Positions 50,148 to 62,312 of a stretch of DNA of 64,000 nucleotides are shown here, piece after piece (position 1 is the first letter of the stretch; each line of letters begins with the position of its first letter). Origin of the DNA: Octopus sinensis. Its lineage: Eukaryota. Location: contig NC_043004.1 of NCBI RefSeq assembly GCF_006345805.1, positions 28,644,001-28,708,000 on the forward strand, in the 5' to 3' direction. A program made the position numbers and the translations under genes. Below the pieces are notes generated by a model. The model had not been told where the DNA came from. It saw only the letters and a list, made by a program, of their open reading frames with translations, and ran no database searches.

Positions 50148-50830
50148 ACTAGACTACCCGTGACCTGTTGGGTCACCAATAGTTCAAAGTACCCGAAAAT
50201 AAAGCGTATCTCGGGAATCCGTGGTCTGATTTACGCGGAACTTGTTTTATTCTGTTTGTATTCACATTTCAATAGTACCTTACTTTCAAAGTATTTCTCT
50301 ATTATGCGCCGGTTCGGCTGTATTAAATTACTGGCAAGCACACAAGCAAATATACAAGCAGGCATTCATAGAGGTACCCGAAAAAACCGCGTGTCTCTGG
50401 AACCCGTGGTCCGATTTACGCGAAACTTGTCGTATTCCGTTTGCATTCTTATTTCAGAGACACTTTACTTTCAGAGTATTTTCCCATTATGCGTCGGTTT
50501 GGCTGTATTGAATTACGCATTGAATTACGCACGTAATTACGCACGTATTGAATTACGCACGCAAGAAAGCATGCAAACAAAACTATCCAGGTGTTCAAAG
50601 TAAAGGACAATAACTCCAGGTTTCACTGCTTAGTGGAGACAAACCCCCAAAAAAACCGCGTATCTCGGGAATCTATGGCCCGCTTTACGTGAAACTTGTT
50701 TTATTCTATTTGTATTCACATTTCAGGGGTCTCTTACTTTCAGAGTATTTTCCCATTATACGCCAGTTTGGCTATATCAAATTACAGACAAGTACACAAG
50801 CAAGCAATCACAGACTTTTCGTATTATATA
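50148..50830 (-). mobile_element. Helitron-like non-autonomous element with three internal ~160-bp subrepeats
   Basis: Minus-strand end gacc-caaca-ggtc-acgggtagt-CTAG-t; subrepeats at about 50194, 50378 and 50647. Confidence 0.55.
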
Positions 50831-51354
50831 GATAGATTGAAAGCTATCAAAATGCGAAATATTCTGGTAAGCTTCGTTGTTGTTTTTGTATACATCCCCG
50901 GCTTAGAGATCTGTCCAGATAACAAAAGCATATCGTTATCGTGGATTAGGTAAATATTAAAAAAAACTCAATTTGATAGCCTGCGTTGTAAACAAATAGG
51001 CTATACATTATTTTACAGGCATCTCCAGGCGTTATACAAGAATTAAATGCAGTTTCTTTCTTTCCATCCTACTGAAAATATATTCATCTATTTTTCTATC
51101 TTTTATCATTTCATTTTGTCGTTTCATTCATTAGATTGCGGCCATGATGGGACACCAGCTTGAAGAGTTTGTTGTCGAATGACTTGACTCCAGTACGTCT
51201 TTTACAGCCTTGTACTTATTCTACCGTTCACTTTTGCCGAATCGCTAGATTATACGGGTATGCAAACATACCAATAACAGTTTTCAAGCTGTGGTGGGAG
51301 ACAAATACAAACAGAAAGATACGCACTAGCGCACGCATACGCATGCACACACAC

Positions 51355-51516
51355 ATACGACGGGCTTCTTTCAGTTTCCATCTACCAAATTCATTTACAA
51401 GACTGTGGTCAGCCCGAGGCTATAGTAGTAGACACTTGCTCAAAGCGCCATGCGGTGGGACAGAACCCGGAACTATGTGGCTGGGAAGCAAACTTCTTAC
51501 CACACAGCCATGCCTG
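51355..51516 (-). mobile_element. SINE family A, 5' half
   Basis: Reverse complement of the family A head and body. Confidence 0.8.
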
Positions 51517-51768
51517 ATTCTTCACGTGAAATAAATCAATCAATACATTTAAAATACTTTTCTCTCTTTCGCTTTCCCTGTCTAACTATACATGTGTTTG
51601 CATACACACAAATACACATGTATGTATGTGCGTGTGTGTGTGTGTACAGGCTGGGACAGAGAGGACGGACTTTTTTGAAATAGTTATTGCCCAAAGTTTC
51701 GGATGATATCAGATGTCATGGGGAAATTTCAAACCTGGGTTCTCATTCCTAAGGTATTTTCGATGTTG

Positions 51769-51799
<31 letters not shown>

Positions 51800-51800
51800 A

Positions 51801-51835
<35 letters not shown>

Positions 51836-51836
51836 C

Positions 51837-51867
<31 letters not shown>

Positions 51868-52291
51868 TCACTGCCTAGAATCGAACTCGGAATCTTGGGG
51901 TTAGTAGCCTCTGTGAGGACAAATATCCGTCAAATGTAAATAATGTAAATAATGTACATAATTCCTCATCTCTTAAATATAGAACTACTCAATTTATGTA
52001 CTTACTGTTTTGTTCAATTTATATTTCATAATTTGTAAACTTTCCGATGTTGATTTCGCGTGTATGTTTCGCACATGTGTCACTGAGACATCGTGCATAG
52101 GAGAAATTTTGTCTGGCAGTAAAATTTCGTCTTTTTTTTGTTTTTTTTTTTTCATTATTTTCGTTAAAAGACCGCTTTCTACAAGACTTCCACAGGTTCC
52201 TTTAACCAATTTCGTTGATGTTATTAGATTAGATTTGTTTTTGAATGGGGAGCCCAGTGTAGCACATCCATGTTGTTATTCAGCGCAGGGT

Positions 52292-52393
<102 letters not shown>

Positions 52394-52475
52394 AATGATG
52401 ATGATGATGATGATGATGATAAAATAATAATAATAATAATAATATAATAATAATAATAATATAATAATAATAATA

Positions 52476-52525
<50 letters not shown>

Positions 52526-53207
52526 ACACACACATATATACTGCGATGCATTTTAGTACAGTAATTGTCCGTTACTAAATACAATATCCTCGTAAATACC
52601 TTTACCCCATCTCATTCACATTATTTTCATCATTTTGATGCAGACCAAACGACAGAAGTATATTCTTTGTTTATTTTAACAAGCAGTTAGATAATTAAAT
52701 ACTGTTTACATAAAAAAATTAGAGTGAAGCGAAGCTAGCTGATATGTAGATATATAATAGCAACGTAAATCATTGTAAAGCAATTGGCATACATACACAA
52801 ATGTGCCCCACCGACTTCGTTTTCTCGAAGCGTCCAAAACAATTGATATGTTTCAATGAAATTTTCTACGAATACATCTCTGATACAGTAGATTCCAATT
52901 GCATCAGAATCTGTTTTCAAAAAAATCTTTAGGTGCTATGGGGAGAAAAGGTTAAAAAATTCAAAGGAGTCGGCTATGTTTCCTCATAGCTTTCCGAAAA
53001 CAGGGTATTTCTAAATGAAAGCTTCTACAAATGCCTTTCAGAGTGTGTAAAGTTTGATTATATAAGAACCTGATGTAAAGAGAAAAATGGTGAGCACATA
53101 CGCATACGTAGTGACACACATTACAATGTTTTTCGATGTTTGTCAATATTTATGTGTACTATTCCACTATGTTTTTTCATATTAAATTCTGATATAATCG
53201 AAATCTA

Positions 53208-53392
53208 CATTCAAAAACATTAAAACATTCAAAAGCCACTTCACGATTGTATGATACTTGTCTGTCATAGAATTTTGTAGAATTTATAGAAAATTTTATG
53301 AAAAAACGCCAATTTTTCTAAAATTATGACAGACAATTGTTAAAGTAGCATGAAGTGGCACATGTCGTTGGCTTTCAAATGTTTTTGAATGT
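53208..53392. repeat. Diverged fold-back repeat
   Basis: gccacttca...ttgtctgtcata versus tatgacagacaa...tgaagtggc; cattcaaaaacatt versus aatgtttttgaatg. Confidence 0.55.
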
Positions 53393-53625
53393 TGTGATTC
53401 ATATATACATTTGATGAAAACGGATTTTTTAATGATGTAATGTCTCCATTGATCTATTAAAAATTAGTTGGAAACAGCTGTAGCGGGTTGACACATTATC
53501 CATCTATTGTTATTTATTTATTTATAATTCATCTCCCCTGCCCCTTGCGTAGATCCGAAGTATATTATGGACGGTACATCCAGTGTAATTTGCGTTTCCT
53601 AATTAACCTCTGGGCTCATGATATA

Positions 53626-54882
53626 TTAGGTTGTTTCACATGAAATTTCGCATTTTTAATTACTTGTTATTTCAGTCATTTAAAAACTCAATTATGTATA
53701 CCTTGCATTTAATCTTGGCTCTTTTTCTTTCCCAACAATATTGGTATGCAAATTTTTGTACCTACAGACCTTATGAAAATGATATATCAACCAATCTATG
53801 TTGAGTGATTTTCTCGTATAAGTACCAAGTAGGTCACTCTGCCGCAGAAGCTCTACGGAATATCAAGCGGGCCTTTGGTAATGGTTTTGTTGATATCGGA
53901 ACTGTTCAGAGATGGTTCCAAAGCTCTCTTTCATGAGATGATAGCCTTGAAAATAAACCAAGTGGTAGGCCAAAATCAGTTATTCGGCATGATGGATTAA
54001 ATGCATTGATTGAATAAAATTCAAAGGTTCGAAGACTTCCATCAGAACTCCAAACATCTCGCACAACTGTTTTTGGATAGCTGTAAAAAACGGGAAAAGT
54101 CAAGAAAACGTATAGTTTTATTCCACATCAACTGAACGAGATTAAAAAAAAAAGCAAAAACAAACACCACGAAGTGTGCTCCTTGTTGCTTTCGCGGTTG
54201 GAAAAAGACAATTTTTGCATCAAATCATTACTTGTGATGTGAAATAGATATTCTTTGACAACAGCGGGAGAACAGGACAGATATTAAATGCAGAGGAGTT
54301 ACATAAACACTACCCAACCCACCATTGCACCCTAAAGAGTTAGTCGTCACTGTATGGTGGTCTGCGAAGGGAGTTATTCATTATTCATTTTTGCAACAAG
54401 GAAAAACGGTAACAGTAACATCGTATTGCCAGGAAATTGATTGTATGCATGAGAATTTGAAAAAGAAGCAACCCAGACTAGTGAATAGAGATGGCCCAAT
54501 TTTGCCCCACGACAATGCATGTCTTCACGCTGTTCAAGCTACGATCCAAAAGTTACTAAGTCTGAATTATGAGATGTTGCAACGTCCTCCCTATTCCCCT
54601 GATATCACTCCTACTGATCATCACTTATTTAAGCATTTTGAGCTTTTCATAAGCACTAAAACATTTTTAAACAGAGAAGAGGTAATAGAAGCACTGGGAT
54701 AATTTATCACAATAAAAGAGGATTTTTTTTTTTAAAGATGGAATATATGACATCGAGAAACTTTGGGTAAACGTCATAAATGAACATGGATCATACTTTG
54801 ATTAAATAAATCAGTTCTCTAACACCTCTGAAACATTTTATTGTTACCTTTCAAATACGATGTCTCATGTGAAGCATCCTAA
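53626..54882 (+). mobile_element. Mariner (DD34D) transposon, defective
   Basis: TIRs ttaggttgtttcacatga / tcatgtgaagcatcctaa with TA duplication; VTVWWSAKG, HDNA...PPYSPDITPTD with 34-residue spacing. Confidence 0.9.
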
Positions 54883-55050
54883 TACTTAGTCGGGTACAGT
54901 TAATCGTATGCATAACCTGAATATCTTTCTACCTGAACTTCGGCACCCACGTACGTATTCCTCAATTTTTGTTGTGCTCATATTTTATTTTTCGACCCGA
55001 CACAGTGCCTAACCATTTAAGTGCCTGATTCACTCGAATCCTGGTCTCTC

Positions 55051-55088
<38 letters not shown>

Positions 55089-55288
55089 CCACTTCTCTCT
55101 CTCTCTCTCCCGCTTCTCTCTCTCTCAGAAGTTTAACGAAAGCGCTCACACACTAGAAAAAAATTTCTCAAAAAAAGGTTAGTAACATCTTCATAAAAGA
55201 TTTCATAACATTTTTAAAAAAATAAAAATTTAGGAAAAAAATCACCTTTACACTTCAAAAACTGTATTAAATAATCTTCATCCACTTT

Positions 55289-55355
<67 letters not shown>

Positions 55356-55449
55356 TATATATATATAATATATATATATATATTTGTTTATGAGAAATGT
55401 TTTGAATATGCCGGCCACAGTGTAATGATGCTGACTGGTGAACCAGTTT

Positions 55450-56300
55450 TTCGGGGTTGTATCGAGCTGAACCGGTGTAATGTAGGATAACTATAGTAAT
55501 AATAACTATAATCTATCAATGGAATTTATAAACATTTAATGCATTGCTACGCGCGTTTCCCCAAATGACCTATCTCTTAAGATCAAAGTCCGCATTCCTG
55601 GGATGATTACAGTGCAGTCCATACTATCTGTGGGTATCAGGTTAATCATCTTCATAGATTCATTTCTTCAAGCGATATAACATCAATTGATGTACAACAC
55701 AGATATGCTTATCCCTTTTTACCAGTTTGAAGATTAAGCGAGTTATGTGGGTGTTTTTGTGTGTATTCAGTGTTGGACTTATTTTGCTATTCAATCAGCA
55801 GATGTTAAGCATGGGTAGCACATTCTTTTGTTTGTTTTCATTTAAAGCATGATTATCTTCAATAAATTCTGAAGCGAACAGGTCCTTTAGTAATGCAACT
55901 ATAGCCAGCAGTTGTTGGGGGTTTACTGACTGAATTGATAAATGATACTTTCTCATGGTGACCTTTTCATTGATTCTGGTGGAATAGAGTATAACATCCT
56001 AAATATTGGTGGGTTTTGTTTATCTGTTTAAGTTCCTTCTCTGTTCTATAATGTGTGATTTCATTTCAAGATACTATTTTCAAAATATTTCGTTTCAAAA
56101 TACTTTTTTTCAAATTCCAGAAACGGTATTTTGTTCTTATGTTTACATGATATGATCGCCTCAGAATGCCTATTTGTCACGTGTTCCCTGAATGTGATGA
56201 TTTCCAGGATTTCTTCTAGGCGTAGGTTGCATACTCGTAATGTTCCATTATATGGTGCAGCATTGTTTTTTACAATGAACCAGTGAGTCGCATGTTCCAC
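55450..56300 (-). mobile_element. Highly decayed PLE (RT thumb region onward)
   Basis: TNRHSEAIISCKHKNKIPFLEF resembles NSRHPNIKFTxExExNNKLPFLD; the remainder is heavily degenerate. Confidence 0.4.
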
Positions 56301-56349
56301 TCATTTCTGTTCGAGCCTCTAGACGAGGCTCGATAGAGATGTCGAGTGC

Positions 56350-57420
56350 CTTTTATTTATATTGGAAAATTATGAGAGATGGTTACGCAGACGATTTTTC
56401 CTGGTGTCTCCGGTGCCTCCAATGTATTCGTATTTCTGCGTTCCTGTCTTCACCTCACATTCGCACTCTACGTTCCTTATCATACAGTTGTTAAATATGC
56501 ATTCCTCTTTACGTCAGAAGGTACACAGGATATTTTTTCCGTTCTTCCCGTGGAGTTACTATTGGTGGTCTTCTTTCTTTTTCATCCTATAATTCTGCAC
56601 TCATTTTCTTTATGTGTGGATTTTACCTGTAGCTGTGTGATGCTGTTCGGGTCCATTTTTGCTATTGGTGAGCTTTTATTACCCCTACTTGCAACTTTTC
56701 TATCGTCGTGTACAGCGTTATATATTTCGGGTGTTTCGTATTTCCCTTCTGGCTTTATTCTATTTAGTTTTGAGTCATTTTGTTTGTGTATCTGGTATTC
56801 TAGATTGTGAGAGGTCGCGTATGCTAATTTTATATTATGTCTATTGATGACTATATTTGGAAGATCTCGGAAAGTACCTATCTAATGCTGCAATGAATTC
56901 CTGGCCTATTGTGGATATCCCTTGTGAATTGAAGATTGGGTTAAACCAAATAATTTCAGTTATTCTTCCATTTTTTTTTTCAAATATATCTATTTGGTAT
57001 TTTGAGGTATTATATTGCTTTTCTATCATTATTACTATTGGTGTTTAATGGTGCGCTTCTTCTTAACTTTGGCTGTAGTTTCGTGGGTTCTGTTTTAAAT
57101 CTATCACTTTTAGTGTTATCGCTTTTTCGTTCCCCTCTGGTTCCTATTATAATTACCATTTTTCTAGGTTCTGGTATTCTGCGGTTATTTAGAAGAATAT
57201 CCCCCACTATTATTAATGCCCTCCGGGTATCGTGTCTTCTCTGTCTTATTCTGTATATATATATATAATTCTATCCTTATATCCCGCTCTAGCCAGTGCT
57301 GAGCTGTAATATTCGGCGTGCATATCGAATATCCGCTTCTTAGGATGCTTCACAGTATATGTTCCGGGTGGTTGGATCCTCGGCTTATGGAACGGTTCTA
57401 ATTTATCATCGATGACTGTC
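56350..57420 (-). mobile_element. Decayed PLE (thumb-linker-GIY-YIG)
   Basis: YSSALARAGYKDRIIY, EIIWFNPIFNS...IGQEF, KYEYIGGTGDTRKNRLRNH. Confidence 0.7.
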
Positions 57421-57429
57421 TGGTCCCGT

Positions 57430-57732
57430 GTCGGTGGCACGTAAAAGCACCATCCGTTCGTGTCCGTTGCCAGCATCGCCTGGCCCCGTGCCGGTGACAC
57501 GTAAAAGCACCATCCGTTCGTGGCCGTTTGCCAGCTCTGTCTGGCACCTGTGCAGGTGGCACGTAAAAAACACCCACTACACTCGCGGAGTGGTTGGCGT
57601 TAGGAAGGGCATCCAGCCGTAGAAACACTGCCAGATCTGACTGGGCCTGACGAAGCCTTCCAGCTTCACGGACCCCAGTTGACCCGTCCAACCCATGCTA
57701 GCATGGAAAGCGGACGCTAAATGATGATGATG
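57430..57732 (+). mobile_element. SINE-like repeat family C, 3' part, with (ATG)n tail and internal ~52-bp subrepeats
   Basis: ggtggcacgtaaaagcacc repeats; gttggcgttaggaagggcatccagccgtagaaac; ccatgctagcatgg; tgatgatgatga. Confidence 0.65.
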
Positions 57733-57894
57733 AGGCTAAGCTTTACGTCTAGGAATTTTATTACTTTGTGATGTTTTTCTATTTCAATTTCCGATCCAAA
57801 TTTCCTAAAGAATTTTAAAAGTTTTTTCTTAAATCTTTCTATTTCTACGATGCTACTTATGGTACAGCGAACAGCGCGTCGTCTGAATATGATC

Positions 57895-58154
57895 TCCCAC
57901 CCCGCTATGCTTCCCCTTCCAAGAGACTTGGATGATCTGGAGACTCGAATAACTGAAGCCTTCGTAACTATCGACAACGCTATGCTTGGTCGCGTTTGGC
58001 AAGGATTGGATTATCGCTTGGATGTGTGTCGTGAAACCCGCGGCGCTCCCATTGAATACCAGTAAAAACCTGTATAGAAACGTGTAACTATTAACTTTCA
58101 GGAAATATAAATTGTGTTTTAATAGTTATTAAGATATACAGGCTTTTGAAAACC

Positions 58155-58157
<3 letters not shown>
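57895..58157 (+). mobile_element. Tc1/mariner 3' end fragment
   Basis: PLPRDLDDLETRITEAFVTIDNAMLGRVWQGLDYRLDVCRETRGAPIE followed by TIR-like ttttgaaaaccccc-TA. Confidence 0.7.
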
Positions 58158-58251
<94 letters not shown>

Positions 58252-58436
58252 TAAGCAATAAAGGGTTTAGTAACGAATTGCCTTACCACATACCGAATTT
58301 AGAAATAGCAGTCAAAGAGTTATAACTATTTCTTCTACTAAAAAGGGAGATCTCAGTAAAAACAGCAATTGGAAGGCAGACACAAACAGGTAAGAGAGAA
58401 TGAATTGACGGCAATCTATCATACAATTTTAAGTTA

Positions 58437-58535
58437 TCTACGGACGTACGTTCGAAATCAAGTTTTTAGGAAAGCATAAGAATTAAATATTAAATAATTC
58501 TATCTCACCAAAACTTCTTTTCTCTTCAGCGTAGA
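58437..58535 (-). ncRNA. Hammerhead copy with a 1-nt deletion in GAAA (probably inactive)
   Basis: Reads UUUC-GAAC-GUACGUC where 59400-59415 reads UUUC-GAAAC-GUACGUC. Confidence 0.7.
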
Positions 58536-59321
58536 ATACTATAATCATAAATGATTATATATTGAATTTTGAGATACTAGAAGGCACCAACTCAACTCAG
58601 TATCAGAGCGAGCTAGAATCCGCAACTAGTATCACCAAATTCAATGTGTGAATGAAAAGATTGTGTCACCAGCCCCTTCCCACCCGCGTGTAGCCAAAAC
58701 AAGATGCTGTGGTCATCTACTGAGATAAAATATGGTTATCCGTAATAATGAAGGGTGAAATTAATTAATTTGGAATAATTATCAATTACACCAAGTAGTC
58801 TTCGGCATGTAAAAGCCTCATTCGAGGAAAATTTAAGTAATACTAAGCAATAAAGGGTTTAGCATTCTCTCTTACCTGTTTGTGTCTGCCTTCCAATTGC
58901 TGTTTTTACTGAGATCTCCCTTTTTAGTAGAAGAAATAGCTATAACTCTTTGACTGCTATTTCTAAATTCGGTATGTGGTAAGGCAATTCGTTGCTAAAC
59001 CCTTTATTGCTTAGTATTACTTAAATTTTCCTCGAATGAGGCTTTTACATGCCGAAGACTACTTGGTGTAATTGATAATTATTCCAAGTTAATTAATTTC
59101 ACCCTTCATTATTACGGATAACCATATTTTATCTCAGTAGATGACCACAGCATCTTGTTTTGACTACACGCGGGTGGGAAGGGGCTGGTGACACAATCTT
59201 TTCATTCACACATTGAATTTGATGATACTAGTTGCGGATTCTAGCTCGCTCTGATACTGAGTTGAGTTGGTGCCTTCTAGTATCTCAAAATTCAATATAT
59301 AATCATTTATGATTATAGTAT

Positions 59322-59421
59322 TCTACGCTGAAGAGAAAAGAAGTTTTGGTGAGATAGAATTATTTAATATTTAATTCTTATGCTTTCCTAAAAACTTGAT
59401 TTCGAAACGTACGTCCGTAGA
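59322..59421 (+). ncRNA. Intact type I hammerhead ribozyme with a 69-nt extended stem II
   Basis: UCUACG CUGAAGA [GAAA..AAGUUUU...AAAACUU..UUUC] GAAAC GUAC GUC CGUAGA; predicted cleavage after 59415. Confidence 0.85.
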
Positions 59422-59715
59422 TAACTTAAAATTGTATGATAGATTGCCGTCAATTCATTCTCTCTTACCTGTTTGTGTCTGCCTTCCAATTGCTGTTTTT
59501 ACTGAGATCTCCCTTTTTAGTAGAAGAAATAGCTATAACTCTTGACTGCTATTTCTAAATTCGGTATGTGGTAAGGCAATTCGTTGCTAAACCTTTATTG
59601 CTTAGTATTACTTAAATTTTCCTCGAATGAGGCTTTTACATGCCGAAGACTACTTGGTGTAATTGATAATTATTCCAAATTAATTAATTTCACCCTTCAT
59701 TATTACGGATAACTA

Positions 59716-59747
<32 letters not shown>

Positions 59748-59748
<1 letters not shown>

Positions 59749-60055
59749 GTAGCTTTGAGCTTAGTTCCACCACTGCATAGCAGCTTGGGCAAATGCCTTC
59801 TACTATTGTCCCAAGCTGACCAAAGCCTTAAGAGTGGATTTGGCAGACGGAAACTGAAAGAAGCCCGCTGTATATTTATTTATGTGCGTGCCTTTGAGTG
59901 TGTATTTGTTGCCCATTACTGCTTGACAATCGTTGTTGGCGAGTTTACGCCTCCGTATCCTAGTACTTCAGCAAACTGTGACTGGTAGAATACCAAGCTT
60001 AAATAATGGGATCCATTCATTCGACTAAACGGCATTGCTGCAGTTTAATGGCTGG
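59748..60055 (+). mobile_element. SINE family A, degenerate
   Basis: ttgggcaaatgccttctactat...gtggatttggcagacggaaactgaaagaagcccg. Confidence 0.7.
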
Positions 60056-60087
60056 AACAAGTAAGAGATAGATCATACATACATACA

Positions 60088-60123
<36 letters not shown>

Positions 60124-60125
60124 TC

Positions 60126-60158
<33 letters not shown>

Positions 60159-60229
60159 GTGTGAGAGAGAGAGAGTGTGTGTGTGTGTATCAAATGAAAT
60201 AAAATAAAAAACAGGACACAAAGGATGTC

Positions 60230-60321
60230 GCGGTACACATGTTTCGAGCTTTATAGAACAACTTATTCTTACATGAATGTATAATCGACATAACAGATAG
60301 TTTAAAGCCCTCTTCAGCCGC
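60230..60321 (-). ncRNA. Type I hammerhead, left-arm copy, core intact
   Basis: Reverse complement of 60680-60771; differences lie only in the distal part of stem II. Confidence 0.8.
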
Positions 60322-60679
60322 ATGAAATTGCTACACCAAAGAATTGTATCACATTATGAAAGGTTTGAGAAAGAACATTTGGTATTATTTATAATGGTAG
60401 GTAAACTGAGTATCACTGAGAAAGTATGTTTGTAAATCTTCATAATCAAATAGGTGTACAGGGTATTATTGGACTCCAAAAATCCGTCCATACCGTTTTC
60501 TCACTCAATATGGACGGATTTTTGGAGTCCAATACTACCCTGTACACCTATTTGATTATGAAGATTTACAAACATTCTTTCTCAGTGATACTCAGTTTAC
60601 CTACCATTATGAATAATACCAAATGTTCTTTCTCAAACCTTTCATAACGTGATACAAGTCTTTGGTGTAGCAATTTCAT

Positions 60680-60771
60680 GCGGCTGAAGAGGGCTTTAAA
60701 CTATCTGTTATGTCGATTATACATTGATATAAGAATAAGTTGTTCTATAAAGCTCGAAACATGTGTACCGC
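60680..60771 (+). ncRNA. Intact type I hammerhead ribozyme with a 65-nt extended stem II
   Basis: GCGG CUGAAGA GGGCUUUA...UAAAGCUC GAAAC AUGU GUA CCGC; predicted cleavage after 60767. Confidence 0.85.
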
Positions 60772-60886
60772 GACATCCTTTGTGTCCTGTTTTTTATTTT
60801 ATTTCATTTGATACATATATCCTCTCACCTCTGCTACTAGCTGGCATATACAGGTGCTTACAGTTATCAAATATTCACCCTGAATT

Positions 60887-60972
<86 letters not shown>

Positions 60973-61913
60973 TTTGATGCGATGCGCCACCAGAATTTTT
61001 TTGACTTCAGATACGATAAAGCATTCCACTCCTAAATCTTTGTTATTGCAACCATATTATCGAATCAATGACAGGCTACATTGTTGTAGAAGAGTGTCAT
61101 ATATCTAATAAACACAAAATCAATTACTAAAAAAATCAGTGTGTGTGTGTGTGTAAATTGCTTGAATTAGATTGATGATTACATCACAATTGTTATTTCT
61201 TACATTCTAGATTAGTATCTTCAGATATCAAAAGTAAGATATTTTAACTACTGATCGCTTTGTGGCATTGAACCTGTTAATTTCTACAATAAAATGGTAT
61301 TACTTTCTTAGAGATAGTTCTACGTCGTACATATTATGCTTCAAGTACCTTAACACATATGTGTATGTGTGTGTGTGTGTGTGTGTGTGTTCGCGTGAGT
61401 ATGCATATGTGTGTAGACATCAACATATAGTCGTATACATACACACACATAGATATAAAATCATACATACACACACATAGATATAAAATCATACATACAT
61501 ACATACGGGCAAGCATGCATGCACACATGCAAAAATAAATAGTACAGTTATTACACATCTTGTGGGAATCTTCTCTCTCTCTTTGTCTCTCTTTATCCAT
61601 TTATCCACACACACACACACGTATATAGAAATCCACATAAATGCATATATGCTCGTTGCAGTTTATTACACACCTTGCGGTCAATCTGTAGAATGGATGG
61701 ATGAGTCACATTCTAGAGTTTCATCGAAACAAACCATTGCCTCTCTTCGTTTCTTGTCTTGTCTTTATACTTTTTATCTGTAAGTTTTCGTTGCTTGGCA
61801 TTTTAATTTTCTTATTGCTTTTTTTCTTTTGTTACTTATTTGTATTATGTATATGATATCAAAAACAATAATAATAATAATAATAATTTTCCTTGTTAAC
61901 ATACGTTAACATA

Positions 61914-62312
61914 GGCGCAGGAGTGGCTGTGTGGTAAGTAGCTTGCTAACCAACCACATGGTTCCGGGTTCAGTCCCACTGCGTGGCATCTTGGGCAAGT
62001 GTCTTCTGCTATAGCCCCGGGCCGACCAATGCTTTGTGAGTGGATTTGGTAGACGGAAACTGAAAGAAGCCTGTCGTATATATGTATATATATATGTGTG
62101 TGTGTTTGTGTGTCTGTGTTTGTCCCACCAACATTGTTTGACAACCGATGCTGGTGTGTTTATGTCCCCGTTACTTAGCGGTTCGGCAAAAGAGATCGAT
62201 AGAATAAGTACTGGGCTTACAAAGAATAAGTCCCGGGGTCGAGTTGCTCGACTAAAGGTGGTGCTCCAGCATGGCCGCAGTCAACTGACTGAAACAAGTA
62301 AAAGAGTAAAGA
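61914..62312 (+). mobile_element. tRNA-derived SINE family A, full length
   Basis: ggcgcaggagtggctgtgtggtaag head through atggccgcagtcaactgactgaaacaagtaaaaga tail. Confidence 0.9.

Larger units (their letters stand above)
58249..59713. mobile_element. Non-coding hammerhead array (retrozyme/pLTR-like): ~593-bp unit, 1.04 units on - joined to 1.43 units on +
   Basis: ctaagcaataaaggg repeats at 58251 and 58843; cattctctcttacc at 58863 and 59456; arms are reverse complements; (TA)n on both flanks; no ORF of 60 aa or more. Confidence 0.85.
60186..60815. repeat. Palindrome with 307-bp arms and 16-bp spacer, one hammerhead per arm
   Basis: 60186-60492 versus 60509-60815, about 7 mismatches by eye. 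Confidence 0.95.

Noticed and set aside
55420-55475. ccccgaaaaactggttcacc (minus) as a terminal hammerhead
   Set aside because: Core is missing; only the GAAA side is suggestive
56298-56350. Hairpin tcgagcctc-tagac-gaggctcga with cactc/gagtg flanks
   Set aside because: Neither CUGANGA nor GAAA is present; a simple local hairpin
58249-60815. Long inverted repeats as sequencing fold-back artefacts
   Set aside because: Arms carry substitutions and indels, have unequal permuted ends and have distinct unique flanks; raw-read confirmation is still advisable
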